Sequence record: DRR723986_6594
Reading direction: 5' to 3' (one strand)
Length of the DNA stretch: 63,514 nt
Below, piece after piece: positions 10,532-20,442 of this stretch (position 1 is the stretch's first letter; every line of letters begins with the position of its first letter). A model generated the notes under the pieces. It was not told the origin of the DNA and ran no database searches. It saw only the letters and a list, made by a program, of their open reading frames with translations. The translations under genes were made by a program, and so were the position numbers.

Positions 10532-10539
10532 TCTTAAAA

Positions 10540-11454
10540 TTATTGCCATTTTTCTCTGAAATCAACTTCTGTTAATTCGCTTAACTGTCGAATATCTTCT
10601 TTAAATTTTAAGCTTAATTCTTGCCTTAATTCTGGATTAATTTTCTCAATTTTTTTGGAATTGTCACCAAAAAAACTAGACTTTAATGCGTCTATTCGTT
10701 CTTGACTAATCACGTTTTTTATTAAAGCTTTTATCTTATTCTGTCTAAGAACATTTAACAGAGCCTTTTTCTTTAATGGTTCTATTTTATTGCTATCAAC
10801 AGGAGTTCTAAAAACAGAATCTTCAGCCATTAATCCTAAAAAATTAAAAAGTTCTTTTATTTCAGATTCCAAATTTTTTGTCCATTCTTCATAAATTAAA
10901 ACCTTAATTTGTTCCTTAGGAAAAACATCATAATACGCCTTTACCTGGTTGTAATAGCGTCCCATTTCGAGATATTGATTACAACTTCCCCAAACAAGGT
11001 TCTTCGGAGCATCGAGAGCTTCTTCAAATGAACTTGCGTTTTCAACACCTGTATAATAGTTCATTATATAATGGCTGTAAGCTCTATCTACTGGGTGTCT
11101 TAAACTTATAATTAATTTTGCCTTGGGGTTGTGTTTAAATATTCTTTTAGCAACATTCGTGTCCCATATATAAGATGGTGATGTATCTCCTTTTAATTGT
11201 GTGTTTGATGCTTCTGTATACAATTCATTATACACATTAACGTCATTAATTATTTTTGCATGGTATTTTATCCCTGGAACTGGAGGTTTAAAATCTTCAG
11301 TCTTTGGAGAGTCCACTTCAGAAAAAAAGTTCGGCTCTTTTACTCTTGGTAAAAAAACATCATTAGAATTATTAAGATAATTATATAGTGTTGTTGTGCC
11401 ACATCTTGCTGCCCCGACTAAAAAAAAATCTATGGTGTTGTTTTTCATTTTCAT
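10540..11454 (-). CDS. Sulfotransferase (heparan-sulfate sulfotransferase-like family)
   Basis: DFFLVGAARCGTTTLY, KEPNFF, GDTSPSY and LRHPVDRAYSHY motifs. Confidence 0.88.
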   Translation of the reverse strand: MKMKNNTIDFFLVGAARCGTTTLYNYLNNSNDVFLPRVKEPNFFSEVDSPKTEDFKPPVPGIKYHAKIINDVNVYNELYTEASNTQLKGDTSPSYIWDTNVAKRIFKHNPKAKLIISLRHPVDRAYSHYIMNYYTGVENASSFEEALDAPKNLVWGSCNQYLEMGRYYNQVKAYYDVFPKEQIKVLIYEEWTKNLESEIKELFNFLGLMAEDSVFRTPVDSNKIEPLKKKALLNVLRQNKIKALIKNVISQERIDALKSSFFGDNSKKIEKINPELRQELSLKFKEDIRQLSELTEVDFREKWQ

Positions 11455-11465
11455 TCATATTCGCG

Positions 11466-12779
11466 CTAAAACGGATTATAATAAGAAGTAATTTGTAATT
11501 TGATTTTAAGATATATCGCGCATCCTAAATTCCAAAAGGCCATACTTATTACAGTTGCTATCGCGGCTCCTACCCCTCCATAAATGGGTGTTAAAATTAT
11601 AGTCAATATTAAATTAATTAATAGTGCTGTAATTACAAAGTTTTGATAAACCCTTTGTTTACCTATCATTTGTAAAATAATTCCAACAGAACCCGCAAAG
11701 GAATTGACAATTTGGCCTCCACATAATATGAATAATACTGCTTGGCCGGTGATAAATTCCTCGCCAAAAATGGATAATAAAAACTTGTTGAAAACTAAAA
11801 TCCCCAAGAGAACAAATGAGCTAACCAAAAAATTTAATTTGGTTGAAAAACGAATGAGTTTTTTATAATTATCTTCATCTTTTTCAGCATAGCTATTAGC
11901 GATTTTTGGAGCCAGGATCGAGTTGATAGCAAGCAAGGTAAAACTTGTGATTGTGGCTACTTTTATGCATACATTATAAATTCCAACATTGCTCTCGGAT
12001 TCAAAAACACCCATTACGAATGTATCCATCCATCCTAAAAAAATTAATATTGAAGACGAAAGCATCATTGGCAGTGAATCTTTTAAAAAAGCCCAAGAAT
12101 TCGTTTTGGATTTAATTGAAATTGTCTTAAGGCTATTTGCGGTATGAATAATCGAAAGTACAGACGTAATTGCTATGCCACAAAAATGAGCTTTAGCTAC
12201 AATAATAGGATCCGAAGTAAAACTCACTAAAACTAACAACACAATAAAACTAAATAGGAATCGGCTCACCAGGCTTATAAACGAAAACCACTTAATGTTC
12301 TTTTGAGCTCTTGAAACACTGGAACTAATCAAGGTGATGGACCAAAAAGGAATGCTCAACAAAATCCAATTCAAATAAGGAATAACCTCTGGTTTGGGAA
12401 CTTTAAACAATTCGTTAGCAATTTGAAACCTGAGGAGGTAAATTACTATGCTGATAAGCCCAGAAATAAAAAAAGATTTAAGTAATGACTTATAGAAAAG
12501 GCCGGTATCATTTAAATTATCCTTAACTGAAAAAAACTTAACTAAATGGATATCAACTCCTAGGCGACCTACAACACTTGCAATCATAAAAATTGAAATT
12601 GCAATTGAAAACAAACCGAAAATAGAAGCTCCAAAATTTTTCGTTATATACGCTGTAAATGCATAACTAATTACAATTCCAAAACCTCTTATTAATATGT
12701 AAGAAAGTCCTTTACTTAAAATTTCTTTAAAATCAGAATCTACAAGAATATTTTTAAGTTTAGTTGTGTTAAAGGTCAT
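11466..12779 (-). CDS. wzx: Wzx-like flippase (MOP superfamily)
   Basis: About 12 TM segments, D-x-FVMG..VGIYN motif, GGVGAAIAT near the C-terminus, and locus context. Confidence 0.85.
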   Translation of the reverse strand: MTFNTTKLKNILVDSDFKEILSKGLSYILIRGFGIVISYAFTAYITKNFGASIFGLFSIAISIFMIASVVGRLGVDIHLVKFFSVKDNLNDTGLFYKSLLKSFFISGLISIVIYLLRFQIANELFKVPKPEVIPYLNWILLSIPFWSITLISSSVSRAQKNIKWFSFISLVSRFLFSFIVLLVLVSFTSDPIIVAKAHFCGIAITSVLSIIHTANSLKTISIKSKTNSWAFLKDSLPMMLSSSILIFLGWMDTFVMGVFESESNVGIYNVCIKVATITSFTLLAINSILAPKIANSYAEKDEDNYKKLIRFSTKLNFLVSSFVLLGILVFNKFLLSIFGEEFITGQAVLFILCGGQIVNSFAGSVGIILQMIGKQRVYQNFVITALLINLILTIILTPIYGGVGAAIATVISMAFWNLGCAIYLKIKLQITSYYNPF

Positions 12780-12831
12780 TACGCATTGAAATGTATTGTG
12801 TCTCTAATTTAAGCTAAAATTAAATACTATA

Positions 12832-13368
12832 CTATTCTCTTTCTAATTGATTTATTAGACTGTTTTTTAGTCTAATTGTTGGGTTGAGTTTACCTTGTAT
12901 TCTTTTTGTAGAAATAACGTTAGATGTAGAGTCTCTAATAATAAATTTATTAAACACTAAATTAGAATTTAAGTCTTCAGGACTTATTAAATTAAATTGT
13001 TTGTCTCCATAAGAAACAATAATACTTTTAATAATGACTTCCTTTTCATTATTGTTTCCTAAGGAAATAACTATTTGTTTTGAGAGATTGTCTGGGTCAA
13101 ATTTAGCAATGATATAATCATCATTACTTGATGGCTCAACATTCTCAGATATATGAATATGTTTTTTTTGTAATTCATCCACCTCTATGTTATTCATCAT
13201 TATTTTAAAAACGTCTGATTTATTTGTTCTATAAATAAACTCGAGTTTTAGGCTTTTTTTCAACAGACTATCAGTATTAATTTCAGAAAGACTAGAGTGT
13301 TTCTTTTCTGACTTATTACACGAAATACTAATGATAGCGAAAGTTATTATTGTGATTAATTTTCTCAT
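12832..13368 (-). CDS. Hypothetical lipoprotein
   Basis: SpII-like signal MRKLITIITFAIISIS-C followed by a hydrophilic domain. Confidence 0.65.
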   Translation of the reverse strand: MRKLITIITFAIISISCNKSEKKHSSLSEINTDSLLKKSLKLEFIYRTNKSDVFKIMMNNIEVDELQKKHIHISENVEPSSNDDYIIAKFDPDNLSKQIVISLGNNNEKEVIIKSIIVSYGDKQFNLISPEDLNSNLVFNKFIIRDSTSNVISTKRIQGKLNPTIRLKNSLINQLERE

Positions 13369-13381
13369 TTAATTTTGTTCT

Positions 13382-14635
13382 CTATAAAATCATTCCCGCC
13401 GCAACCGTTTCATTTGTGGTATCATCTACAAGTATAATACTTCCTGTAGTTCTGTTTTCTCTGTAAGAATCAATCATTAAAGGCTTTGTTGTTCTGATTT
13501 TAACTTTACAAATATCATTCATCATAAGCTCTTTATCATCATTAATACGATCTAAAGTATTGATGTTATATTTATAAATCACTTCTTTAATCATTGCTTT
13601 TTGATCGTTAGAAGTGTGTTTTATAGTATACTTTGTTCTTGGTTTTGCAGAATTATTATGCAACCAACATAACATTACTTCTATATCTTGTGATGCTTCG
13701 GGCTTATTATTTGAACGCACGATCATATCTCCTCTGCTAATATCTATATCATCTTCAAGAGTTATAGAAACAGACATTGGCGCATAAGCTTCATCTAATT
13801 CTTTGTCTAAAGTATCTATGCCTTTAATTTTTGAAGTAAATCCAGAAGGCATTGCTGTTACTTCATCTCCTGTTCTAAAAATACCGCTTGCCACACGTCC
13901 TGCATAGCCTCTATAATCTATAAAACCATCTCTTTGTGGTCTTAAGACAGTTTGTACCGGAAAACGAGCGTCTACTTTATTAATATCACTACTAATATGC
14001 ATCGTCTCTAAGGTATGTAACATTGGAGCTCCTTGATACCAAGGCATGTTTTTAGATTTATTTACAACATTATCTCCATTTAACGCACTCATTGGTATAA
14101 AGCGCACATCTGTTACCAACATTTTCGAAGAAATATCTTCAAATTGTCTAATAATGTTATTGTAAACTTCTTCAGAATAATCTACCAAATCCATTTTGTT
14201 AACACAAACAATAATATGTGGTATTTGTAATAAGGACGCAATGAATGCATGTCTTTTTGTTTGTTCAATAACACCATGTCTAGCATCTATTAAAATCGTT
14301 GCAACATTAGCTGTTGATGCACCAGTAACCATATTACGTGTATATTGAATATGTCCTGGTGTATCAGCAATAATAAACTTACGCTTTGGTGTGGTGAAAT
14401 ACCTGTATGCTACATCGATTGTGATTCCTTGTTCTCTTTCATCTCTTAACCCGTCCGTGAAAAGGGCTAGATCCACACCATCGTGGCCTTTCTTTTTACT
14501 TGTGTTTTCTATTGCTTGTAGTTGGTCTTCGAATATAGATTTCGAATCGTATAGTAAACGACCAATCAACGTACTTTTTCCATCATCTACACTACCTGCA
14601 GTAGTAAATCTTAATAATTGATTATTATCTAACAT
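13382..14635 (-). CDS. cysN: Sulfate adenylyltransferase subunit 1 (GTPase)
   Basis: GSVDDGKSTLIGRLL, EREQGITIDVAYRYF, DTPGH and NKMD motifs. Confidence 0.96.
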   Translation of the reverse strand: MLDNNQLLRFTTAGSVDDGKSTLIGRLLYDSKSIFEDQLQAIENTSKKKGHDGVDLALFTDGLRDEREQGITIDVAYRYFTTPKRKFIIADTPGHIQYTRNMVTGASTANVATILIDARHGVIEQTKRHAFIASLLQIPHIIVCVNKMDLVDYSEEVYNNIIRQFEDISSKMLVTDVRFIPMSALNGDNVVNKSKNMPWYQGAPMLHTLETMHISSDINKVDARFPVQTVLRPQRDGFIDYRGYAGRVASGIFRTGDEVTAMPSGFTSKIKGIDTLDKELDEAYAPMSVSITLEDDIDISRGDMIVRSNNKPEASQDIEVMLCWLHNNSAKPRTKYTIKHTSNDQKAMIKEVIYKYNINTLDRINDDKELMMNDICKVKIRTTKPLMIDSYRENRTTGSIILVDDTTNETVAAGMIL

Positions 14636-14645
14636 GTGGTTTTAT

Positions 14646-15551
14646 TTAAAAGTATCCTTGGCGTTTTCTGTCTTCCATTGCTGATTCCGAGCGCTTATCA
14701 TCACTCCTGTTCCCGCGTTCTGTTTTTCGCATCCCAGAAACTTCATCTGCAATCTTCTCAAGGGTGTCAGCGTCTGATTCAATGCCTCCAGTAATTGTTA
14801 TATCTCCTAAGGTTCTAAAACGTATTTTTTTTGTTACAATTTCTTCGTGATCTTCCAAAACTAAATATTCTGAATTTGGAATCCAACTATCCTGACGCCA
14901 CACAACTTCTCTTTCATGCGCAAAATAAAGCGATGGAATCGCAATGTTTTCTCTTTTTATATAATTCCAAACGTCCATTTCAGTCCAATTACTAATTGGA
15001 AATGCTCTAAAATGTTCCCCTTCGAAATGTTTGCCATTGAAAATATTCCAAAGTTCAGGTCTCTGGTTTTTAGGGTCCCACTGTCCAAAGTCATCTCTGT
15101 GCGAAAAGAAACGTTCTTTAGCACGAGCTTTTTCTTCATCTCTTCTACCACCTCCAATTGCACAGTCAATTCTGTTCGCCTCAATAGCGTCTAAAAGTGT
15201 TGTTATTTGCAAAGTATTTCTTGTTGCATTTTTACCTTTTTCTTCTGCAACACGACCGTCGTTTATAGATTCTTGCACAGAACCCACTATTAAATCTACA
15301 CCTAAGTCCTTGATAATATTATCTCTAAACTCAATGGTTTCAGGAAAATTATGTCCTGTATCTACATGCATCAACGGAAACGGAATCTTAGAAGGGAAAA
15401 ATGCTTTTTTTGCCAAATGGGTTACAACAATTGAGTCTTTTCCTCCAGAAAATAAAATTACAGGATTATCAAACTGTGCCCATACCTCTCTCAATACGAA
15501 TATAGCTTCGCTCTCTAGCTCGTCTAAGTAGTTTAAATAATATTTACTCAT
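14646..15551 (-). CDS. cysD: Sulfate adenylyltransferase subunit 2
   Basis: SGGKDS PP-loop, RRDEEKARAKER, WDPKNQRPELW and C-terminal SAMEDRKRQGYF. Confidence 0.97.
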   Translation of the reverse strand: MSKYYLNYLDELESEAIFVLREVWAQFDNPVILFSGGKDSIVVTHLAKKAFFPSKIPFPLMHVDTGHNFPETIEFRDNIIKDLGVDLIVGSVQESINDGRVAEEKGKNATRNTLQITTLLDAIEANRIDCAIGGGRRDEEKARAKERFFSHRDDFGQWDPKNQRPELWNIFNGKHFEGEHFRAFPISNWTEMDVWNYIKRENIAIPSLYFAHEREVVWRQDSWIPNSEYLVLEDHEEIVTKKIRFRTLGDITITGGIESDADTLEKIADEVSGMRKTERGNRSDDKRSESAMEDRKRQGYF

Positions 15552-15552
15552 T

Positions 15553-16146
15553 TTAGAGTTTTAATTTAGGGAGAACAAAATTCAAAATTCTATTAACAGA
15601 ATCCTCAATAGTCTCTTTTTCAGTATTTATTTCAATATCAGGGTGTTTGGGCGCTTCATAAGGTGATGATATCCCAGTCATATTTTTAATTTCCCCGGCT
15701 CGAGCCTTTTTGTAAAGACCTTTTACATCCCTTCGTTCACACTCTTCTACACTAGTATTAACAAAAATTTCTACAAAGTTAACATCTTTAACGATAGTTC
15801 TAATATTATCCCTGTCTTTTTTATAAGGCGAAACAAATGCCGCTAATACCACTAGACCTGCATCTAACATTAGGTTTGCGACCTCTGCGATGCGCCTTAT
15901 ATTTTCTGTTCTGTCTTTAGGTGAAAAAGTAAGGTCATTATTTATTCCTTTTCTAATGTTATCACCATCTAATGAATACGTTTTAATTCCTTTATTATGA
16001 AGCTCTTCTTCAACTAAATTCGCAATAGTCGATTTACCGGATCCCGACAAACCCGTAAACCACAATAAAAGAGGTTTATGTTTATTTAACTCTTCTCGGT
16101 TTTGTCTTAATATTTTATAATTATGAGCTGTTAAATTTTTAGTCAT
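15553..16146 (-). CDS. cysC: Adenylyl-sulfate kinase
   Basis: WFTGLSGSGKST, LDGDNIR, RDVKGLY and TGISSPYEAP motifs. Confidence 0.97.
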   Translation of the reverse strand: MTKNLTAHNYKILRQNREELNKHKPLLLWFTGLSGSGKSTIANLVEEELHNKGIKTYSLDGDNIRKGINNDLTFSPKDRTENIRRIAEVANLMLDAGLVVLAAFVSPYKKDRDNIRTIVKDVNFVEIFVNTSVEECERRDVKGLYKKARAGEIKNMTGISSPYEAPKHPDIEINTEKETIEDSVNRILNFVLPKLKL

Positions 16147-16603
16147 GCTTTTTTATTTTTCCCAAAAAGTATTGTCTTACCCTCCCTAAAGGAAGTTTTA
16201 GCCATAACCTTTCATGGACGTAGTATAATACGAATTTCGTAAAAAATTCTGTTAAGGCAATATATAAGGCTATTTGATCAAATACCTCCAGCACGGACCC
16301 AGTAATAATAAATGTCATTGTTGTAGCTACAATTCTCCATGAAATCGATTTTTGAAGTGTTCTTGTCTCTTCAGATCTTCTCTTTATAAGAATTGATTGC
16401 CAAATTCTTTCGTGAAAATAATAGACAATATATTTAAACAGAAATTCAATCGCACCAATTTTAAGAGCATTTTCTATACTACATTCACCAGTCAAGCAAG
16501 TCACTAGAAGCACAACAAGTATAGTGTCTGTCGTAGCAACAATTCTCCATGAAACACCTTTTAGTAAACTCCTAATGTGAGATTCCTTTTTGTATGCCGT
16601 CAT
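16139..16603 (-). CDS. Tandem DUF2061 membrane protein
   Basis: Two repeats: RSLLKGVSWRIVATT...YYFHERIW and RTLQKSISWRIVATT...YYVHERLW. Confidence 0.8.
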   Translation of the reverse strand: MTAYKKESHIRSLLKGVSWRIVATTDTILVVLLVTCLTGECSIENALKIGAIEFLFKYIVYYFHERIWQSILIKRRSEETRTLQKSISWRIVATTMTFIITGSVLEVFDQIALYIALTEFFTKFVLYYVHERLWLKLPLGRVRQYFLGKIKKHD

Positions 16604-16611
16604 TGCGTAGT

Positions 16612-17421
16612 TTATTGTTTAGAAACTACAAACCAGGGGTTTAGTAGATTTTGTTTATTATATAAAAGTGATTCTTTTGTGTCTTCTGAAATAACGTCTA
16701 TTCCAACTGCATTACAAATTGCTTGTCCTGCGGCAGTGTCCCATTCCATAGTGGGTGCAAATCTAGGGTAAATATCTGCATTACCTTCCGCAACCAGGCA
16801 AAACTTTAAAGAGCTACCTTTTGACACTATTGAAACTACATTACCTAATTGTTCTAGGTGTGTTATGAAGTCTAATGTCTCTGGACTCATGTGTGATCTA
16901 CTTCCCACAATCTCTAGGTGTTTTGTTTTAACTTTGGGTGTTAGTGGTATTGCACTTTTAACAACTTCTGTAATTTTAATACTATGCTCTAATAAGACAG
17001 ATTTAAATGCCTTTTGTTTTAGTGTATCTGCAAAATAAATGGTTTTAGTGTCAGGAACATATATAACACCTAGCACGGGCTTACCCTCATTTATAAGTGC
17101 AATATTAACAGTAAATTCGCCATTCCTCTTTATAAACTCTTTCGTTCCATCAACAGGATCTACAATCCAACATCTTTCCCATTGCCTTCTTGTGCCAAAA
17201 TCAATTTGTTTATTTTCTTCACTAATTATAGGAATTAATGTAGGCTTTAAATATGTATTAATAATCTCATTTGCCCTTTTATCTGCTTCGGTCAAGGGTG
17301 ATTCGTCGTCTTTAAATTCCACTTGAAAAGTAGTGTTGTAAACCTCCATAATGGCTTCACCTGCTCTTAGACTAGCTTGAATTGCTATTTCAAGATTTTT
17401 AGTTAGCTCTATACCAGTCAT
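16612..17421 (-). CDS. cysQ: 3'(2'),5'-bisphosphate nucleotidase
   Basis: KDDESPLTEAD, ISEE, VDPVDGTKEF, GSSLKFC and WDTAAG motifs. Confidence 0.95.
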   Translation of the reverse strand: MTGIELTKNLEIAIQASLRAGEAIMEVYNTTFQVEFKDDESPLTEADKRANEIINTYLKPTLIPIISEENKQIDFGTRRQWERCWIVDPVDGTKEFIKRNGEFTVNIALINEGKPVLGVIYVPDTKTIYFADTLKQKAFKSVLLEHSIKITEVVKSAIPLTPKVKTKHLEIVGSRSHMSPETLDFITHLEQLGNVVSIVSKGSSLKFCLVAEGNADIYPRFAPTMEWDTAAGQAICNAVGIDVISEDTKESLLYNKQNLLNPWFVVSKQ

Positions 17422-18445
17422 ACATTTCTTTTATTCCGTTTTCCAGATTCATGCGATGTTTCCAACCTAACGCATTTAACTTTGATACATCGGTAAGTTT
17501 ACGCAATGTACCATCTGGTTTATCTGTATTAAAGAATAATTCTCCTTTAAACCCAATAATCTCCTTAATAAGCTCAGCTAATTGCTTTATTGATATGTCC
17601 TCTCCTGTTCCTAAATTAATATGCGTATTTCTAACTTCTATATCGTCCTTAGAAAAAGTATCATTAAAATTTCGATTTTCCATTAGAAATACACAAGCGT
17701 CAGCCATATCCTTTGACCAGAGAAACTCTCGCCTTGGTTTACCTGTTCCCCATATCTCTACACCATTTGCTAATATTCCAAATTTAGATAAATACTTTTC
17801 TACCTCTTCCTTGTTACTTACATTAATATCACTCATCAAAGCATTCCAGTTATTTTCACTTTTTAACTTTGCTAGATGAATCTTTCTAATTAGCGCTGGT
17901 AATACATGTGATTTTTCTAAATCAAAATTATCATTTGGGCCATAAAGATTAGTTGGCATTACTGAAATATAATTTGTACCATACTGCAGATTATAACTTT
18001 CACACATTTTGATTCCAGCAATCTTAGCGATTGCATAAGGTTCATTAGTATATTCTAAAGTATTTGTCAACAGAAATTCTTCCTTCATGGGTTGTGGAGA
18101 ATCTTTTGGATAAATACAGGTGCTTCCTAAGAACAATAATTTTTTTACTCCACTTAAATAACTTTGATGAATAACATTGTTTTGTATCATTAAGTTGTCA
18201 TAAATAAACTCTGCTCTATATGTATTATTTGCAACTATACCTCCCACCTTGGCGGCAGCTAAAAACACATAATTTGGTTGTTCTTTTTGAAAAAAAGTTG
18301 CAACTTCATTTTGGTTCGTAAGGTCTAACTCCTTATGGGTTCTAGTAACAATATTATTATAGCCTTTTTGTTGAAGATTTTCTAATAACGCACTACCTAC
18401 CAATCCTCGATGACCAGCAATATATATTTTTGATGCCTTGTCCAT
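17399..18445 (-). CDS. fcl: GDP-L-fucose synthase
   Basis: AGHRGLVGSA, LAAAKVGGI, YAIAK, PTNLYGPNDNF and KPDG motifs. Confidence 0.95.
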   Translation of the reverse strand: MDKASKIYIAGHRGLVGSALLENLQQKGYNNIVTRTHKELDLTNQNEVATFFQKEQPNYVFLAAAKVGGIVANNTYRAEFIYDNLMIQNNVIHQSYLSGVKKLLFLGSTCIYPKDSPQPMKEEFLLTNTLEYTNEPYAIAKIAGIKMCESYNLQYGTNYISVMPTNLYGPNDNFDLEKSHVLPALIRKIHLAKLKSENNWNALMSDINVSNKEEVEKYLSKFGILANGVEIWGTGKPRREFLWSKDMADACVFLMENRNFNDTFSKDDIEVRNTHINLGTGEDISIKQLAELIKEIIGFKGELFFNTDKPDGTLRKLTDVSKLNALGWKHRMNLENGIKEMYDWYRAN

Positions 18446-18453
18446 ATTGTGAT

Positions 18454-19572
18454 TTACTCAAAGTAATTCTTAATTCTGTAGCCCCCTTCTTTTAGATATT
18501 GTTTTTTCTGCATAAGTTTAATATCGCTTTTCATCATGTCTTCTACTAAAGCTGGCAAATCATACTTTGGAACCCAGCCTAATTTATCTTTTGCTTTTGT
18601 GGCATCACCAATTAATAAATCAACCTCAGTCGGTCGATAGTATTTTTTATCTACTGCGACTACTTCTTTACCAATTTTTAGTTGATAATCTGGATTATTG
18701 CATGATTTTACGTAGCCTTTCTCATCACTATCTTTCCCTTTAAACTCTAATTCTACTCCAACATGATTGAAACACATTTTAACAAAATCTCTTACTGTTG
18801 TTGTTTTTCCGGTAGCAATAACCCAATCTTCAGGCTCCTCAGCTTGTAAAATCATCCACATCATTCTTATATAATCCTTTGCATGTCCCCAGTCTCTTTG
18901 AGCATTCAGATTACCTAGGTAGATTTTATCTTGCAAACCTAGAGCTATTTTAGATGTTGCTCGTGTAATTTTCCTAGTTACAAACGTTTCTCCTCTAATC
19001 GGTGATTCGTGGTTAAATAAAATACCATTACAAGCAAACATACCATACGCTTCTCTGTAGTTAACAGTAATCCAATAGGCATATATTTTTGCAACTGCAT
19101 AAGGGCTTCTTGGATAGAATGGCGTTGTCTCTGTTTGTGGTACTTCTTGTACTTTTCCGTATAATTCTGAAGTGGAAGCTTGATAAATTCTTGTTGTTTT
19201 CTCTAGCCCAAGGATTCTAACTGCTTCCAATAATCGTAACGTGCCAATACCATCTGCATTAGCAGTATATTCTGGCATTTCAAAAGAAACATGCACATGA
19301 CTCATTGCTGCCAGATTATATATTTCATCCGGTTTAATATCCTGAATTATTCTTATTAGATTTGTGCTGTCGGTTAAATCACCATAATGAAGAAAAAAGT
19401 TTTGATTTTCTGTATGTGGGTCTTGATATAAATGATCTATTCTATCAGTATTAAAAAGAGAAGATCTTCTTTTTACACCATGAACTATATATCCCTTCTT
19501 TAATAAAAATTCACTTAAGTAAGCTCCATCCTGACCAGTCACTCCCGTTATTAAAGCTGTTTTCTGTTGCAT
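18454..19572 (-). CDS. gmd: GDP-mannose 4,6-dehydratase
   Basis: [33 protein letters not shown] and FNHESP motifs. Confidence 0.98.
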   Translation of the reverse strand: MQQKTALITGVTGQDGAYLSEFLLKKGYIVHGVKRRSSLFNTDRIDHLYQDPHTENQNFFLHYGDLTDSTNLIRIIQDIKPDEIYNLAAMSHVHVSFEMPEYTANADGIGTLRLLEAVRILGLEKTTRIYQASTSELYGKVQEVPQTETTPFYPRSPYAVAKIYAYWITVNYREAYGMFACNGILFNHESPIRGETFVTRKITRATSKIALGLQDKIYLGNLNAQRDWGHAKDYIRMMWMILQAEEPEDWVIATGKTTTVRDFVKMCFNHVGVELEFKGKDSDEKGYVKSCNNPDYQLKIGKEVVAVDKKYYRPTEVDLLIGDATKAKDKLGWVPKYDLPALVEDMMKSDIKLMQKKQYLKEGGYRIKNYFE

Positions 19573-19575
19573 ATA

Positions 19576-20442
19576 TTAGTTGCTAATGTTATTAAAATTA
19601 TTTAATGCTGTTTTTAAGCTATCCCGCCAGTAAGGTATTTCAATATCCATTACCGTTTTAATTTTTGACTTATCTAAAACACTAAAATAAGGTCTTTTGG
19701 CTAAAGTTGGATAGTCTTTTGTTGTAATTGGTAAAACCTTCAAATCTATTTGGTTATATTCAAAAATCTCCTTAGCAAAATCATACCAGCTCGCAACACC
19801 TTCATTACTAAAATGATATAATCCATAATTTTTATTTTGAATTATTATTGTTTTAATAATCAAATTAGCTAAGTCTTTAGCGTAAGTTGGTGTGCCTATT
19901 TGGTCAGCAACCACTCCAATTTCTTTTTTAGATTTAGATAAAAAGAGCATTGTCTTCATAAAGTTGGAATTATATTCTGAATATAACCATGAGGTTCTAA
20001 ATATAAAGTACTTCTTTAAGATTTGCTGTATAGCTTTTTCTCCATTTAGCTTTGTTTTTCCATAGACACTTATTGGATTTGTGGTATCCTTCTCTGAATA
20101 AGGAAAAGACTGTTGCCCATCAAACACAAAATCTGTTGAAATGTGTATTAAAGTTGTGTCTGAAATTTTACACGCTCTGGCAAGATTTTGAACTCCAGTC
20201 TCATTTACGGCTCTTGCAATACTAATTTCTTTTTCTGCATTATCCACTGCCGTATAAGCAGCACAATTAATACAATACTGAAATTTTTGATTTGAAAAAT
20301 ATTGTTCTAATGCTTCTGCATTTAGAATATCTAAAGTCTCCAAATCCGTAAATACAAAATTTAGATTTGAATAGTCTTTTATTAAGTCTTTAACGTTATT
20401 TGCCAGTTGTCCTTCACCACCTGTTACCAGAATATTTGTCAT
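19576..20442 (-). CDS. rfbD: dTDP-4-dehydrorhamnose reductase
   Basis: VTGGEGQL, NCAAYTAVD, HISTDFVFDG, YGKTK and DQIGTPT motifs. Confidence 0.95.
   Translation of the reverse strand: MTNILVTGGEGQLANNVKDLIKDYSNLNFVFTDLETLDILNAEALEQYFSNQKFQYCINCAAYTAVDNAEKEISIARAVNETGVQNLARACKISDTTLIHISTDFVFDGQQSFPYSEKDTTNPISVYGKTKLNGEKAIQQILKKYFIFRTSWLYSEYNSNFMKTMLFLSKSKKEIGVVADQIGTPTYAKDLANLIIKTIIIQNKNYGLYHFSNEGVASWYDFAKEIFEYNQIDLKVLPITTKDYPTLAKRPYFSVLDKSKIKTVMDIEIPYWRDSLKTALNNFNNISN

Noticed and set aside
9839-10539. Invertible DNA switch around the inverted sulfotransferase
   Set aside because: No flanking inverted repeats and no recombinase in the window.
13382-17421. cys genes as a cysteine-biosynthesis operon
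   Set aside because: No PAPS/APS reductase, sulfite reductase or cysteine synthase is adjacent, and the block sits next to sulfotransferases.
14391-17879. Several short + strand and alternate-frame ORFs over cysN, cysD, cysQ and fcl
   Set aside because: Almost entirely within well-conserved genes and lacking recognisable motifs.
17760-17880. Insertion in Fcl relative to the E. coli enzyme
   Set aside because: As far as I recall, similar inserts are common in Bacteroidota Fcl proteins; not considered novel.
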